Assembly (NCBI GenBank): GCA_963795085.1
Contig: CAWCFX010000001.1
Coordinates: 1,120,001 to 1,184,000 of the forward strand
Source: an uncultured Gemmatimonadales bacterium
GTDB lineage: Bacteria; Gemmatimonadota; Gemmatimonadetes; Gemmatimonadales; GWC2-71-9
Reading direction: 5' to 3'
DNA: 64,000 nt
Within the stretch, counting starts at the first letter, position 1, and every line of letters starts with the position of its first letter. Shown piece by piece: positions 9,153 to 19,146 of this stretch. The translations under genes and the position numbers were made by a program. Under the pieces are notes generated by a model, which had not been told where the DNA came from, searched no databases, and saw only the letters and a list, made by a program, of their open reading frames with translations.

Positions 9153-10990
9153 GCATGATCCCGGATGAAATCATCGACCAGGTGCGGGACAGCACCGACC
9201 TGGTCGGGGTCATCGGGGAATCGGTCGAACTCAAGCGGATGGGGGCCGATTACCGCGGGCCCTGTCCCTTTCACGGCGGAACTCACCGCAACTTCGCGGT
9301 CATCCCCAAGAAGAACCTCTTCTACTGTTACGTCTGCCACGCAGCCGGGGACGTCTTCTCCTATTTCATGAAGCGGTTCGGGATGGACTATCCCAGTGCG
9401 GTGCGCGAGGTGGCGCGCCGGGCCGGCATCGTGATCCCGGAGCAGACCAGCCGCGCCGGCCCCGACCCCCGGGAGCCGCTGTACAGCGCGGTCTCCCTGG
9501 CCCAGGACTGGTTTGCCCGCCAGCTGGCTGAACTGCCGGAGGCCGAGGGAGCCCGGAAGTACCTGGAGGGCCGCAGCCTTGCCCTCGACATCGTCCAACC
9601 GCTTGGACTCGGCTATGCGCCGCTGGGCAACCTGTTCACCGCGGCCATGGCCAAGCACCAGATTCCCGAGGGAGTGCTGCTGGAGGCCGGGTTGCTCCAC
9701 AAGCGGGACGACGGCAAGGTCTCGCCCCGCTTCCGGGGCCGGCTATTGTTCCCCATTCACGACCTGCGGGGGCGGGTGGTCGGGTTCGGGGGCCGGATTC
9801 TGCGGGATGGCGAGCCCAAGTATCTCAACAGCCCGGAGTCGCCGATCTTTCACAAGGGGACCATGCTGTATAACCTCCACCAGGCCCGCCATCCTATCCG
9901 CAAGGCGGAAGCGGCGATCGTGGTGGAGGGCTACTTTGACGTGCTCCGGCTGGTGCTCGCGGGGATCGAGAACGTGGTCGCGCCGATGGGCACCGCCATG
10001 ACCGGCGACCAGGCCGTGCTGCTGCGCCGGTTCGCCCCGACCGCGATTCTCATGTATGACAGCGACACCGCGGGGCAGCGGGCCACCTTCCGGGCCGGGG
10101 ATGAACTGCTGCGGCGGGAGTTCCGGGTGAAAGTCGCCACCATGCCGCCGGGCGAGGACCCCGACACGCTGGCGAAGAACGGCGGCGCGGCCGCGGTGGA
10201 GGCGGTGGTCCGGGACGCGGTGGACCTGCTGGAGCGCAAGATCCAGTTGCTGGAACAGCGAGGCTGGTTCCGCAACGTCGAGCACCGCCGGGAGGCGCTG
10301 GACCGGCTGCTTCCCACCATCCGGGCGGCGAAGGACCCGATCACCCGCGACCTCTACCTCGGGCTGGTGGCGGAGCGGACCGGCGTGAGCAAGAGCGTAC
10401 TGGAGCAGGAACTGGCCCACGCCCCGCCGCCGCCCCCCCCGGCCCCCCCGTCCCGGGAACCTCCATCCACCCAGCGGTCGGCCGGCAAGGGCAGGGCGTT
10501 TCGGCAGGGCAGTCCGCAGGAGCGCACCTTTCTCCGGGTGCTGGTGCACTTCGAGGGATGGATCGAGCGGGCCCGCACCGACATTCCTCCCGGCCTGATG
10601 GAGTCGGCGGAGACCCGCGCGATCTACGAGGCGCTGCTGCGCCAGGGGGACCGGAACCTTCCCATCGACGTTCTCGATGGGCTGCCGGCGGAGTCCCGGG
10701 CCCTGTGGGGCGAGGTGAATCGGCCCATGAACGAAGCGGACTCCATGACCGCCGGCGACATCTACGAATGGGCCCGGCAGAACCTCGAGGCACGGCCCCA
10801 CTTCCGGGAGTATGAAGACTTCATGGACCGGCTCAAGGGCGCGGAAGGAGCCGAGAAGACCGCCCTCGCCGCCGAACAACTGGAGCGCCGGCGCGCGCTC
10901 AAGGAGCGATACCCCATTGCCGCAGACAAGTATTTCATGGGTACCGTAGGCCGCCGGCTGCGCCGCGAGAAGAAGGGGAACTCCCGCTGA
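9149..10990 (+). CDS. dnaG: DNA primase
   Basis: CPFH...CYVC zinc finger, KYLNSPES, TOPRIM VEGYFDV and YDSD. Confidence 0.96.
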   Translation: MSMIPDEIIDQVRDSTDLVGVIGESVELKRMGADYRGPCPFHGGTHRNFAVIPKKNLFYCYVCHAAGDVFSYFMKRFGMDYPSAVREVARRAGIVIPEQTSRAGPDPREPLYSAVSLAQDWFARQLAELPEAEGARKYLEGRSLALDIVQPLGLGYAPLGNLFTAAMAKHQIPEGVLLEAGLLHKRDDGKVSPRFRGRLLFPIHDLRGRVVGFGGRILRDGEPKYLNSPESPIFHKGTMLYNLHQARHPIRKAEAAIVVEGYFDVLRLVLAGIENVVAPMGTAMTGDQAVLLRRFAPTAILMYDSDTAGQRATFRAGDELLRREFRVKVATMPPGEDPDTLAKNGGAAAVEAVVRDAVDLLERKIQLLEQRGWFRNVEHRREALDRLLPTIRAAKDPITRDLYLGLVAERTGVSKSVLEQELAHAPPPPPPAPPSREPPSTQRSAGKGRAFRQGSPQERTFLRVLVHFEGWIERARTDIPPGLMESAETRAIYEALLRQGDRNLPIDVLDGLPAESRALWGEVNRPMNEADSMTAGDIYEWARQNLEARPHFREYEDFMDRLKGAEGAEKTALAAEQLERRRALKERYPIAADKYFMGTVGRRLRREKKGNSR

Positions 10991-11054
10991 TGCCCTGGGC
11001 GACTCCGCCCCGCTCCACCTGACCACCCTTTCCCGGATATGCGACCACTGCCCT

Positions 11055-11762
11055 ATGCATGCTGACCTGACCAAACTGCTCGACCTCCAGGCGAAGGACA
11101 GCGAACTGTTCCACCTGGACGACCGGCTCCGCCTGCTGGACGACGAACTGGCCGTCCTGGAAACCTCGATGGGGCAGGCCCGGGAAGGCGTCGCCGCCGC
11201 CCAGCGCGCCATCCAGGCGGAGTCGGTTCGCCGCGACGAGCTGGAACAGAAGATCGAAGCCCACCGCAAGCACCAGGAGAAGCGGCGCGAGAAGCTGGAA
11301 TTCATGAAGACCCAGAAGGAAGTGGCCGGCCTGATGGCGGAGATCGACCTGGCCAGGGGCTCCATCGTTACCGAGGAGGGCGACTGGCTCAAGTCCAGCG
11401 AACAGGTGAGTCAACTCGAGATGAGGAAAGTGGACGCGGAGCAGGGGGTGGCCGCGATGGAAACGGAACAGTCCGCGGCCCGCGCCGCCATCGGCGCACG
11501 GCGCCGGGACCTCGAGGCGGAACGGGCGGCCGCCCAGGCCCGCCGGGACGCCAGCGCGGCCGGGGTCCCGAAACCCGTCCTCCAGCACTATCTCAAGTTG
11601 CGCGCGTCCAGCACCCGCGCCGAGGTGGTCGTGGCCCTGGCGGGAGCGGCCTGCGGCGCCTGTTTCACTACCATTCCCATGAGCCGCAGGAGCCTGATCC
11701 GGGGGGGCGAGGCCATCGAAGGATGTGAGAATTGCGGCGTAATCCTGTACTTCGCGGGCTGA
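11055..11762 (+). CDS. Coiled-coil protein with C-terminal C4 zinc ribbon
   Basis: Long coiled coil followed by ACGAC...CENCGVILY. Confidence 0.85.
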   Translation: MHADLTKLLDLQAKDSELFHLDDRLRLLDDELAVLETSMGQAREGVAAAQRAIQAESVRRDELEQKIEAHRKHQEKRREKLEFMKTQKEVAGLMAEIDLARGSIVTEEGDWLKSSEQVSQLEMRKVDAEQGVAAMETEQSAARAAIGARRRDLEAERAAAQARRDASAAGVPKPVLQHYLKLRASSTRAEVVVALAGAACGACFTTIPMSRRSLIRGGEAIEGCENCGVILYFAG

Positions 11763-11807
11763 CTTTTTGATGCGCCATTCGTCCCCCGCATCCGCTACCT
11801 TTCCCGC

Positions 11808-13526
11808 ATGACCGCACCTCCGTCCGCCTTGCCGCTCCGCTGGGTTCTCACTCCCGCGCCCCCCGCCGAACGGGTGCGCGCGCTGGCGGCGGACCTGAAT
11901 CTCCCGGAGCCCCTCGCGGCGCTCCTGATTCAGCGGGGGCATGCCGACCCGGGCGCCGCGAAACGGTTCCTGCGCCCGTCGCTCACCGACCTGGCCAATC
12001 CCCTGGACCTGGCCGGCATGGCCGCCGCGGTCGCGCTGGTCAGCGAGACCGTCCGGTCGGGCGGCAGCATCCTGGTGCATGGCGACTACGACGTAGACGG
12101 GCAGTGCGCCTCCGCGCTGCTGACCCGGGCCCTCCGGATCGGCGGGGCAACCGTCCATACCTTTCTGCCCCACCGGCTCCGCGACGGCTATGATTTCGGG
12201 ACGGCCGGACTGAACGCCGCGGTGGCCGCCGGGGCCGCGCTCATCATCACGGTGGATTGCGGGATCACGGCCACCGAAACGGTGCTGGCGGCCCGGGCCG
12301 CCGGGATCAAGGTGATCGTCACCGACCATCACCTGCCGGGGCCCGAGCTGCCCGCCGCCAACGCCATCATTAACCCCCAGCAGCCGGGCGATATGTCCGG
12401 GCTCACCATGCTCTGCGGGACCGGGGTAGCCTTCAAGCTGGTACAGGCCCTGGTGCCGGCCCTCGGCCTCCCCCCCAATCTTCCGTTCCACCTGCTCGAC
12501 TACGTCGCGCTCGCCTCGGTGGCCGACCTGGTTCCCCTGGTGGGCGAGAACCGGATCCTGGTCAAGCACGGCCTCAAGCTCATCGCCGACCCCCGCTGGC
12601 CCGGTCTCCGGAGCCTGCTCAAGGTCACCGCGCTGCTCGGCCGGGAGGTCAAGGCCAGTCATCTCGGCTTCATGCTGGGGCCCCGGCTGAACGCGGCCGG
12701 GCGGGTGGGCGATGCGGCGGACGGGCTCCGCCTGCTGCTCACCGATGACCCGGCGGAAGCCGACCGGCTGGCCGGCAAGCTGGAGATTCTCAACACCGAA
12801 CGGCAGGCGCTGGACCAGCAGATCCTGGAGGAGGCGCTCAAGCAGGTCGAGGAGAAACCGCTGGACCGCACCGCCGCCTTCGTGCTGGCTGGCGAGGGCT
12901 GGCATCCCGGCGTGGTCGGCATCGTCGCCTCCCGGGTGGTCGAGCGGTACGGCCGGCCGACTTTCATCGTGGCGCTGGACGGCGACATCGGCAAGGGCTC
13001 AGGGCGCAGCATTTCGCGCTATGATCTCCACCGGGCGCTGGTGGGGTCAGCCGAATTCCTCGAACGGTTTGGCGGCCACCACATGGCGGCGGGCCTGACC
13101 ATTCTCCGGACCCAGCTTCCCGCCTTCGAGCGCCGGTTCCAGGAACTGGCGCTGGAACAGCTCGACCCGGACCAGCTGGGACCGGAGCAGCGGGTGGATC
13201 TCGAGGTCGGGGTGGCCGACCTGACCCGGGGGCTGGAGCGGCTCTGCCGCTACCTGGAACCCTGCGGCATGGGCAACCCGGGGCCGGTGTTCGGGGTCCG
13301 GGGCGTGCGCTTCGGCGAGCGAAAGCGGGTCGGCGACCGCCACCTGAAGGGACTCATCGTGCGGGACGCGTCGAGCATCGCGGCGATCGGTTTCGACTGG
13401 GCGGACCGGGTACCCTGGCTGGGCGACGACCCGGTGGACGTGGCCTTCCGGCTGGAATGCAACGAGTGGCAGGGCCGGGAGTCGCTGCAGGCCCGGGTGA
13501 TGGGGATCTCGCCGGCCTCGGGCTGA
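11808..13526 (+). CDS. recJ: ssDNA-specific exonuclease RecJ
   Basis: GDYDVDG, TVDCG, TDHH, PRLNAAGR, GSGRS, GGH. Confidence 0.96.
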   Translation: MTAPPSALPLRWVLTPAPPAERVRALAADLNLPEPLAALLIQRGHADPGAAKRFLRPSLTDLANPLDLAGMAAAVALVSETVRSGGSILVHGDYDVDGQCASALLTRALRIGGATVHTFLPHRLRDGYDFGTAGLNAAVAAGAALIITVDCGITATETVLAARAAGIKVIVTDHHLPGPELPAANAIINPQQPGDMSGLTMLCGTGVAFKLVQALVPALGLPPNLPFHLLDYVALASVADLVPLVGENRILVKHGLKLIADPRWPGLRSLLKVTALLGREVKASHLGFMLGPRLNAAGRVGDAADGLRLLLTDDPAEADRLAGKLEILNTERQALDQQILEEALKQVEEKPLDRTAAFVLAGEGWHPGVVGIVASRVVERYGRPTFIVALDGDIGKGSGRSISRYDLHRALVGSAEFLERFGGHHMAAGLTILRTQLPAFERRFQELALEQLDPDQLGPEQRVDLEVGVADLTRGLERLCRYLEPCGMGNPGPVFGVRGVRFGERKRVGDRHLKGLIVRDASSIAAIGFDWADRVPWLGDDPVDVAFRLECNEWQGRESLQARVMGISPASG

Positions 13527-14041
13527 TGCGCATCATCGCCGGCGTCTATAAGGGCCGCCGCCTCGCGGCGCCCCGGGACGGCCGGGTGCGCCCTACCGGC
13601 GACCGCCTGCGGGAAGCATGGATGAGCATCCTGCAGCCCGCGCTGCCCGGCGCCCGGGTGCTCGATCTCTTCGCCGGCAGTGGCGCGCTGGGCCTGGAGT
13701 CGCTCTCCCGGGGCGCCCGGTCGGCGGACTTCGTGGAGTTGCACCAGGCGTCGCTCACCGCCTTGCGGCAGAACATCGAGGCGCTGGGCGCCGGCGACCG
13801 GGTCACCGTGCACCGGGGCGATGCCCTGCGATTCCTGGAGCGGGTCGTTCCCGGCAGCTATGACATCGTCCTGGCCGACCCCCCGTATACCATCGATTAT
13901 GCCGCCCAGCTGGTCGCCCTCTTCCGGGCGCGGCCCTTTGCCCCCATTCTTGCGGTCGAACACCGCGCCACCACCGTGCTCCCCGGCGACGACACCCGTC
14001 GCTACGGCGACTCCGCTCTTACCTTCTGCCACGCGCCATGA
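13526..14041 (+). CDS. rsmD: 16S rRNA m2G966 methyltransferase
   Basis: MRIIAG, RPTGDRLRE, LDLFAGSGALG, DPPY; ATG overlaps the recJ TGA. Confidence 0.93.
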   Translation: MRIIAGVYKGRRLAAPRDGRVRPTGDRLREAWMSILQPALPGARVLDLFAGSGALGLESLSRGARSADFVELHQASLTALRQNIEALGAGDRVTVHRGDALRFLERVVPGSYDIVLADPPYTIDYAAQLVALFRARPFAPILAVEHRATTVLPGDDTRRYGDSALTFCHAP

Positions 14042-14529
14042 CCCGACTCGCCCTCTACCCCGGCTCGTTCGATCCGCCCACCCGCGGGCACGAGGACCTG
14101 ATCCGGCGCAGCCTGGCCCTGGCCGACCGGGTCATCGTGGCGGTCGCCGCCAACGCCTCCAAGCAGCCCCTGTTCACGGTGGCCGAGCGGCTCCAGCTGC
14201 TCCAGACCGTCGCCGGCGATCTTCCCGCGGTCAGCTTCGAGACCTTCGACGGCCTGCTGGTGGATTTCGCCCGGAAGGTGAAAGCCGATATCATCGTCCG
14301 GGGCCTCCGGGCGGTCAGCGACTTCGAGTACGAGTTCCAGATGGCCCTGATGAACCGGCAGCTGCACCAGAAACTGGAGACCGTCTTCCTGGTCCCCGCG
14401 GTGGACCAGACCTATTTGAGCTCCAGCCTGGCCCGGGAAGTCGCCCGCTATGGCGGCGATGTGAGCGCCCTGGTTCATCCCGCGGTGGCCGAAGCCCTGC
14501 GGCGGAAGTTCGCGGCGCGGGCCCCCTGA
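14038..14529 (+). CDS. coaD: Phosphopantetheine adenylyltransferase
   Basis: YPGSFDPPTRGH, RGLRAVSDFEYE, LSSS. Confidence 0.97.
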   Translation: MTRLALYPGSFDPPTRGHEDLIRRSLALADRVIVAVAANASKQPLFTVAERLQLLQTVAGDLPAVSFETFDGLLVDFARKVKADIIVRGLRAVSDFEYEFQMALMNRQLHQKLETVFLVPAVDQTYLSSSLAREVARYGGDVSALVHPAVAEALRRKFAARAP

Positions 14530-14558
14530 TCTCACCGTCCCCCACGCCTGGAATCTCC

Positions 14559-15041
14559 ATGACCACCCCCCGCGTCTTCGTTTTCGTCGCGCTCGCCTTT
14601 CTCGCCCGCGCTCCAGTGGCCGCGCAGGAGGCGGCACCCGCGGAGCGGCGGGCGGTCCTCGCCGCGGTGGACAGCCTGTTCACCGCGATGACCCGCCGGG
14701 ACTCCGCCGCCTCGCGCCGGGTCATGGTGCCGGGGGCGGTTTTTTACTACCTCGGTGCCGGCCGCCCTTTCGGCACCACCACGGACACGGAATACCTGGG
14801 GATGCTGGCCGATGGGGGCCCGGTATTTCTGGAGCGAATCTGGAACCCCGCGGTCCGGATTTCGGGACCCATCGCCATGGTCTGGACCCGCTATGACTTT
14901 CACCGCAATGGAAAGTTTTCGCACTGCGGAGTGGATAACTTCAGCCTGGTCCGGCAGGGGGAGCGTTGGCTGGTTGCCTCCATTACCTACACCGTTGAAA
15001 CCGCCGGCTGTCCGGAGAGTCCGCTCGGCCCCGTGTCCTGA
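14559..15041 (+). CDS. Secreted NTF2/SnoaL-like fold protein
   Basis: Signal peptide (ARAPVAA-Q); ERIWNP, IAMVWTRYDFH..GKFSHCGVDNFSL. Confidence 0.75.
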   Translation: MTTPRVFVFVALAFLARAPVAAQEAAPAERRAVLAAVDSLFTAMTRRDSAASRRVMVPGAVFYYLGAGRPFGTTTDTEYLGMLADGGPVFLERIWNPAVRISGPIAMVWTRYDFHRNGKFSHCGVDNFSLVRQGERWLVASITYTVETAGCPESPLGPVS

Positions 15042-15150
15042 GGGGGAGGGGGCAAAAGCGCGGCCCACCGGCCTGCCCGCCCCGCCATCTAGCCCCATAA
15101 GCCCAAACCTTGTATGATCTTATAGCGGTCGGTTCCCCACCAATGGAGGC

Positions 15151-15489
15151 ATGATGGGCTTCACCACCCAGAAGGATTCCGGGGGCGTCCTGGTTGTCCG
15201 CGTCGAGGGCCAGTTGATCGTGGGCAATCGGCAGGAGCTCAAGAGCGTCATCCAGGAGGCGGTGGACAACGGGGAGCGCAAGTTCCTCATCGATTTCTCC
15301 AAGACCGGCTATATCGATTCCTCGGGACTGGGCGCGCTGGTGTCCATCTCGAAGAAGGTGCGCGAGCAGGGCGGCGAGCTGCGGCTCTCCGGACTCAACG
15401 AGGATCTCCGGTCGCTGTTCGAGCTGACCAAGCTGGACACCCTGTTCGCCATTACCGATACGCCTGAACAGGCGCTCGCGGCGTTCTGA
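15151..15489 (+). CDS. STAS domain anti-anti-sigma factor (RsbV-like)
   Basis: YIDSSGLGALV phosphorylatable Ser motif; GGAGG SD. Confidence 0.92.
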   Translation: MMGFTTQKDSGGVLVVRVEGQLIVGNRQELKSVIQEAVDNGERKFLIDFSKTGYIDSSGLGALVSISKKVREQGGELRLSGLNEDLRSLFELTKLDTLFAITDTPEQALAAF

Positions 15490-15491
15490 CC

Positions 15492-16010
15492 GTGCTGGAC
15501 CGTGAGCCGGCTCCCGGCGGGACCGCACCCCGTCACGAGGACGAGGGGCGGTCTTCCCTGCGGGTGGTGGTCCGCCGGGCCCCGGCCCGGGATGCCGCCG
15601 GGATCCTGGTCCGGGTCGAGACCCGGTTCCCCAGCGAAATTCACGCGGTGGAAGAGGCCGTTGAACTGATCGTACGGCATTGCCTCTCCGGCGCCGCGGT
15701 GGCGCAGCGGCTCCGCTTCAATCTCTGCGTCGCCCTGGCGGAATCGCTCGCCAACGCCATCATCTGCGGCAACCAGGAAGATCCCGTCAAATGGGTGCAT
15801 GTCCGGGCCGAGCTTCGGCCTGAGTCCATCGTCGTGCACGTTACGGACGAAGGCGACGGGTTCGATCCCGCCGCCGTCCCCGATCCCACCGGCCCGGAAG
15901 ACCTCGACGCCCCCTGCGGCCGCGGCCTCTTCCTGATTCGCAACCTGGTTGACGACGTCCGGTTCAACTCCAAGGGGAACTCCATCTGCTTCACGCTGCG
16001 CCGCAAGTAG
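15492..16010 (+). CDS. Anti-sigma factor / Ser kinase (RsbW-like HATPase)
   Basis: ESLANAI, DEGDGFD, GRGLFLI; start position uncertain. Confidence 0.88.
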   Translation: MLDREPAPGGTAPRHEDEGRSSLRVVVRRAPARDAAGILVRVETRFPSEIHAVEEAVELIVRHCLSGAAVAQRLRFNLCVALAESLANAIICGNQEDPVKWVHVRAELRPESIVVHVTDEGDGFDPAAVPDPTGPEDLDAPCGRGLFLIRNLVDDVRFNSKGNSICFTLRRK

Positions 16011-16090
16011 CGCGGCTTCGTTCCGTCCTGGCCCAACTCGGTGAACTGGTCGGCGGCACGCTCCGCCTGTGGCGCTTCGATGGCCACCGG

Positions 16091-17590
16091 ATGTGCGGCC
16101 TGCCGGGTGACCCGGCCGGGTGGACGCCGCCGGCTCCGCCCCGGGAGGGAGAAGTGGACTCTCCCCAGGGCCGGGCCGTGCTGGTCCCCCTGCCGGAGGC
16201 CGAGGATGTCTGGCTCAGCCTGAGCGGTCCGGGCGACCTCGCCGCCGGCATTCGCCGGATCCTTCCCATCGCGGAAGCCATCTGTTCCTCCGAACGCCAC
16301 GCCTTCCAGATCTCCGACGAGCTGGCCAGCCTCTACGAGGAGGTGGACCTCCTCTACGCCATCTCGGACACGCTCGGCCGCACCGTGCAGCTGGAAGAAG
16401 CCGCCCGGCAGATCGTGCACGATGTGAGCAACGTCGTCGGCGCCAGCCGGGCATCCATCATGGTGTACGACGACCAGGCGGCGGTGCTCCGGACCGTCGC
16501 CGCCCGGGGGTTCAAGGCCGACCAGCTGGTCCCGGTGGACCCGGCGTCTGACCTGTCCATCGCGGCCCTGGTCTTCCGGGAGTCCCGGGTGATCGCCTAT
16601 GATCCGGGCGACCCGTCGCAGGAAAACCTCGCGCTGGCGCCGGAGCGGGGCTATCGCGGCGGGGCCTTCGTCAGCCTCCCCATCATGTACTCGGTGCCGG
16701 GCCTGCCGTCTCGATGTATCGGCGTGATGAACCTGACGGAGCGGCTGGGGAGTGATTCCTTCAGCCGGCGGGACATCAAGCTGCTCACCGCCATCGCCAA
16801 CCAGGTCGGCTCCGCGATCGAGAACTCCCGGCTGGCCGCCCACGACCTTCGGCAGCGGGCCCTGCGGCGCGAGCTGGAACTGGCCCGCGACCTCCAGTTG
16901 CGGCTGCTGCCCTCGCCAGCGGTGCTGCAGGGGGCAGCCCGGATCGCCGCCCGCTGCCACCAGGCCGAGTCGGTGGGCGGCGACTTCTACACGTTCAGCC
17001 GGCTGGGTGGCGGCCGCATCGGCGTCATGGTCGGCGATGTGTCGTCCCACGGTTTTTCCGCGGCCCTGGTCATGGCGCTGGTCCTCTCCGCGGCGGGCAT
17101 TCACGCCGCCTCGTCGTTCACCCCCGACGAGACGCTGCGCTCCCTGCTGGAGAGCCTGGCCACCGAGCTCGCCTCCGCCGACATGTACCTCACCGCGTTT
17201 TATGGCGTGCTCGATCCCGATGGCCGGCACCTGGTCTATGCCAGCGCGGGCCACCAGCATGCCTTCCAGGTCCCCGCGACCGGCGATCCGGTCCGGCTGG
17301 AGTCCACCGCGCCGCCGCTGGGCCTCGCCGCCGGAGACATGATCGAGCGGCGCGACCTCGAGTGGGACGGTGAGAACGACCTGCTCTGCCTGTGGACCGA
17401 CGGCCTGGTCGAAGCCAGGAACGAGGCGGGCGAGCCCTACGGTGAGCCGCGTCTCCTGGAGGCGATCATGCGCCGGCGCCACCTGCCGGTGGACGACATC
17501 CTGGCCGGCGTGTTTGAAGAAGCGGACGGCTGGAATCCCACGCCCACCGACGACCGCACCTTCCTGGTCATGCGGATGAAGGGCGAGTGA
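16091..17590 (+). CDS. GAF + PP2C (SpoIIE/RsbU-like) phosphatase
   Basis: GAF domain; VGGDFY, GDVSSHG, WTDGLVE, DDRT. The frame is open upstream, so the true start may be earlier. Confidence 0.9.
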   Translation: MCGLPGDPAGWTPPAPPREGEVDSPQGRAVLVPLPEAEDVWLSLSGPGDLAAGIRRILPIAEAICSSERHAFQISDELASLYEEVDLLYAISDTLGRTVQLEEAARQIVHDVSNVVGASRASIMVYDDQAAVLRTVAARGFKADQLVPVDPASDLSIAALVFRESRVIAYDPGDPSQENLALAPERGYRGGAFVSLPIMYSVPGLPSRCIGVMNLTERLGSDSFSRRDIKLLTAIANQVGSAIENSRLAAHDLRQRALRRELELARDLQLRLLPSPAVLQGAARIAARCHQAESVGGDFYTFSRLGGGRIGVMVGDVSSHGFSAALVMALVLSAAGIHAASSFTPDETLRSLLESLATELASADMYLTAFYGVLDPDGRHLVYASAGHQHAFQVPATGDPVRLESTAPPLGLAAGDMIERRDLEWDGENDLLCLWTDGLVEARNEAGEPYGEPRLLEAIMRRRHLPVDDILAGVFEEADGWNPTPTDDRTFLVMRMKGE

Positions 17591-18408
17591 CCCTGGCAAA
17601 AAAATCGCTGGGCCAGCACTTCCTGTTCGATCCCCGGATTCTGGCGCGGATCGCGGACAGCCTGGCCCCGGAACCCGGAGAGACGGTGCTGGAAATCGGG
17701 CCGGGGCGGGGCACCCTCACGGAAACCCTGGCGCTCCGGGCCGGGCGCCTGGTCGCGATCGAGAAAGACCGGGACCTGATCGGGGGGCTCCGGGCCAGGT
17801 TTCCCGGGGTGGAGATCGTCGAGGGCGATGCGCTGGAGGCGGATTGGCATGCCCTGGCCGGGCCGGGGGCCTTCGCCGTCATCGGCAACATTCCCTACAA
17901 CATCACGTCCCCCCTGATTGACAAGGCACTGACCCCGCCCCGTCCCCGCGCGGTCGTCTTCCTGGTCCAGAAGGAAGTCGCCGACCGGGTGGCCGCTCCG
18001 CCGGGGGGCCCCGACTATGGGGCGTTGAGTGTGGGGGTGCAGGCGGTGGCGAAGGTGGAGCGCCTCTTCCGGGTTCCCGCCGGCGCCTTTTCGCCGCCGC
18101 CCCGGGTGGATTCCGCCGTCGTCCGGATGACGCCGCTGGACCCGCCGCTGATCGCGGACCGCGAGGTCGCGCCCTTTCGCCGCATGGTGGTGGGGCTCTT
18201 CGGATTTCGGAGGAAGCAACTGGCCCGGGGGCTGCGCGAACTCACCGGGGCGGGCCCCGAACAGGTCATGATCTGGCTGGGGCAGGCCGGCGTGACGTAC
18301 TCCCAACGACCCCAGGAACTCTCTCCCGGCCAGTTCGTGGGACTCTTCCGGACCATCACGGGTTCCCCGCGGGGGGGCGGAGCCGGTGAGCTAAGCGCTA
18401 TACAGTGA
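17587..18408 (+). CDS. rsmA: 16S rRNA dimethyladenosine transferase
   Basis: KKSLGQHFL, LEIGPGRG, NIPYNITS, QKEVADR, PRVDS. Confidence 0.96.
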   Translation: MTLAKKSLGQHFLFDPRILARIADSLAPEPGETVLEIGPGRGTLTETLALRAGRLVAIEKDRDLIGGLRARFPGVEIVEGDALEADWHALAGPGAFAVIGNIPYNITSPLIDKALTPPRPRAVVFLVQKEVADRVAAPPGGPDYGALSVGVQAVAKVERLFRVPAGAFSPPPRVDSAVVRMTPLDPPLIADREVAPFRRMVVGLFGFRRKQLARGLRELTGAGPEQVMIWLGQAGVTYSQRPQELSPGQFVGLFRTITGSPRGGGAGELSAIQ

Positions 18409-18454
18409 TAGACATACGCTTCGTGATTGCTCTTGGTCGCGGCTTGCCGTAGAT

Positions 18455-18472
18455 TTGTGAATCATTTCACAA
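18455..18472. promoter_or_regulatory. Rex operator
   Basis: TTGTGAA-TCAT-TTCACAA, an exact match to the Rex consensus palindrome, ending 6 bp before the rex ATG. Confidence 0.9.
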
Positions 18473-18478
18473 AGCATC

Positions 18479-19099
18479 ATGCGCAAGATCGCCGAGTCAA
18501 CCGTCCGCCGTTTGTCCCTGTACCTGCGGTTCCTTGAAGAGTTCGAGGAACAGGGCATCGCCACGGTCAGTTCCGACGCGCTGGCGCTGCGCGGCGGCAC
18601 CACCTCCGCGCAGGTACGGAAGGACCTGTCGTTCTTCGGGTCATTCGGCAAGCGGGGCATGGGGTACGCGGTGCCGGAACTGGCCAGCCGGCTGCGGGAG
18701 ATTCTGGGTCTGGGGCGGGAATACCGGGTCGTGCTGCTGGGGGCCGGCAAGATCGGCAGCGCCCTGATCCAGTACCGCGGGTTCCAGCGCCGGGGTTTTG
18801 ATATCGTCGGGATCTACGACATCGACCCCGCCAAGATCGGCCGCCGCTGGAACGGCCTCACCGTGAGCGACATCGCCAGCCTGGAAACGGAACTGGCCGG
18901 AACGAGCACCGACATCGCCGTGCTGGTGACCCCGGCGGAGGTGGCCCAGGAACTGGCCGACCGGCTGGTACGGCTGGGCATCAAGGCGATCCTGAACTTT
19001 GCACCCCTCCAGCTGTCCGTGCCGGACGATGTCTCGGTCAAGAACGTGAACCTGGCCCTGGAACTGGAAGCGCTGAGCTATGCGTTGACCAACCGGTAG
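18479..19099 (+). CDS. rex: Redox-sensing transcriptional repressor Rex
   Basis: RRLSLYLR, QVRKDLSFFG..GKRGMGY, GAGKIG, ILNFAP. Confidence 0.96.
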   Translation: MRKIAESTVRRLSLYLRFLEEFEEQGIATVSSDALALRGGTTSAQVRKDLSFFGSFGKRGMGYAVPELASRLREILGLGREYRVVLLGAGKIGSALIQYRGFQRRGFDIVGIYDIDPAKIGRRWNGLTVSDIASLETELAGTSTDIAVLVTPAEVAQELADRLVRLGIKAILNFAPLQLSVPDDVSVKNVNLALELEALSYALTNR

Positions 19100-19146
19100 C
19101 CACCGGGGCCACGCCACCCGTCACCCACCGGTTGTAGATTGACTCC

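Noticed and set aside
13680..14558. 453-aa ORF extension
   Set aside because: Overlaps rsmD and coaD; the real gene begins at ATG 14559 with a signal peptide.
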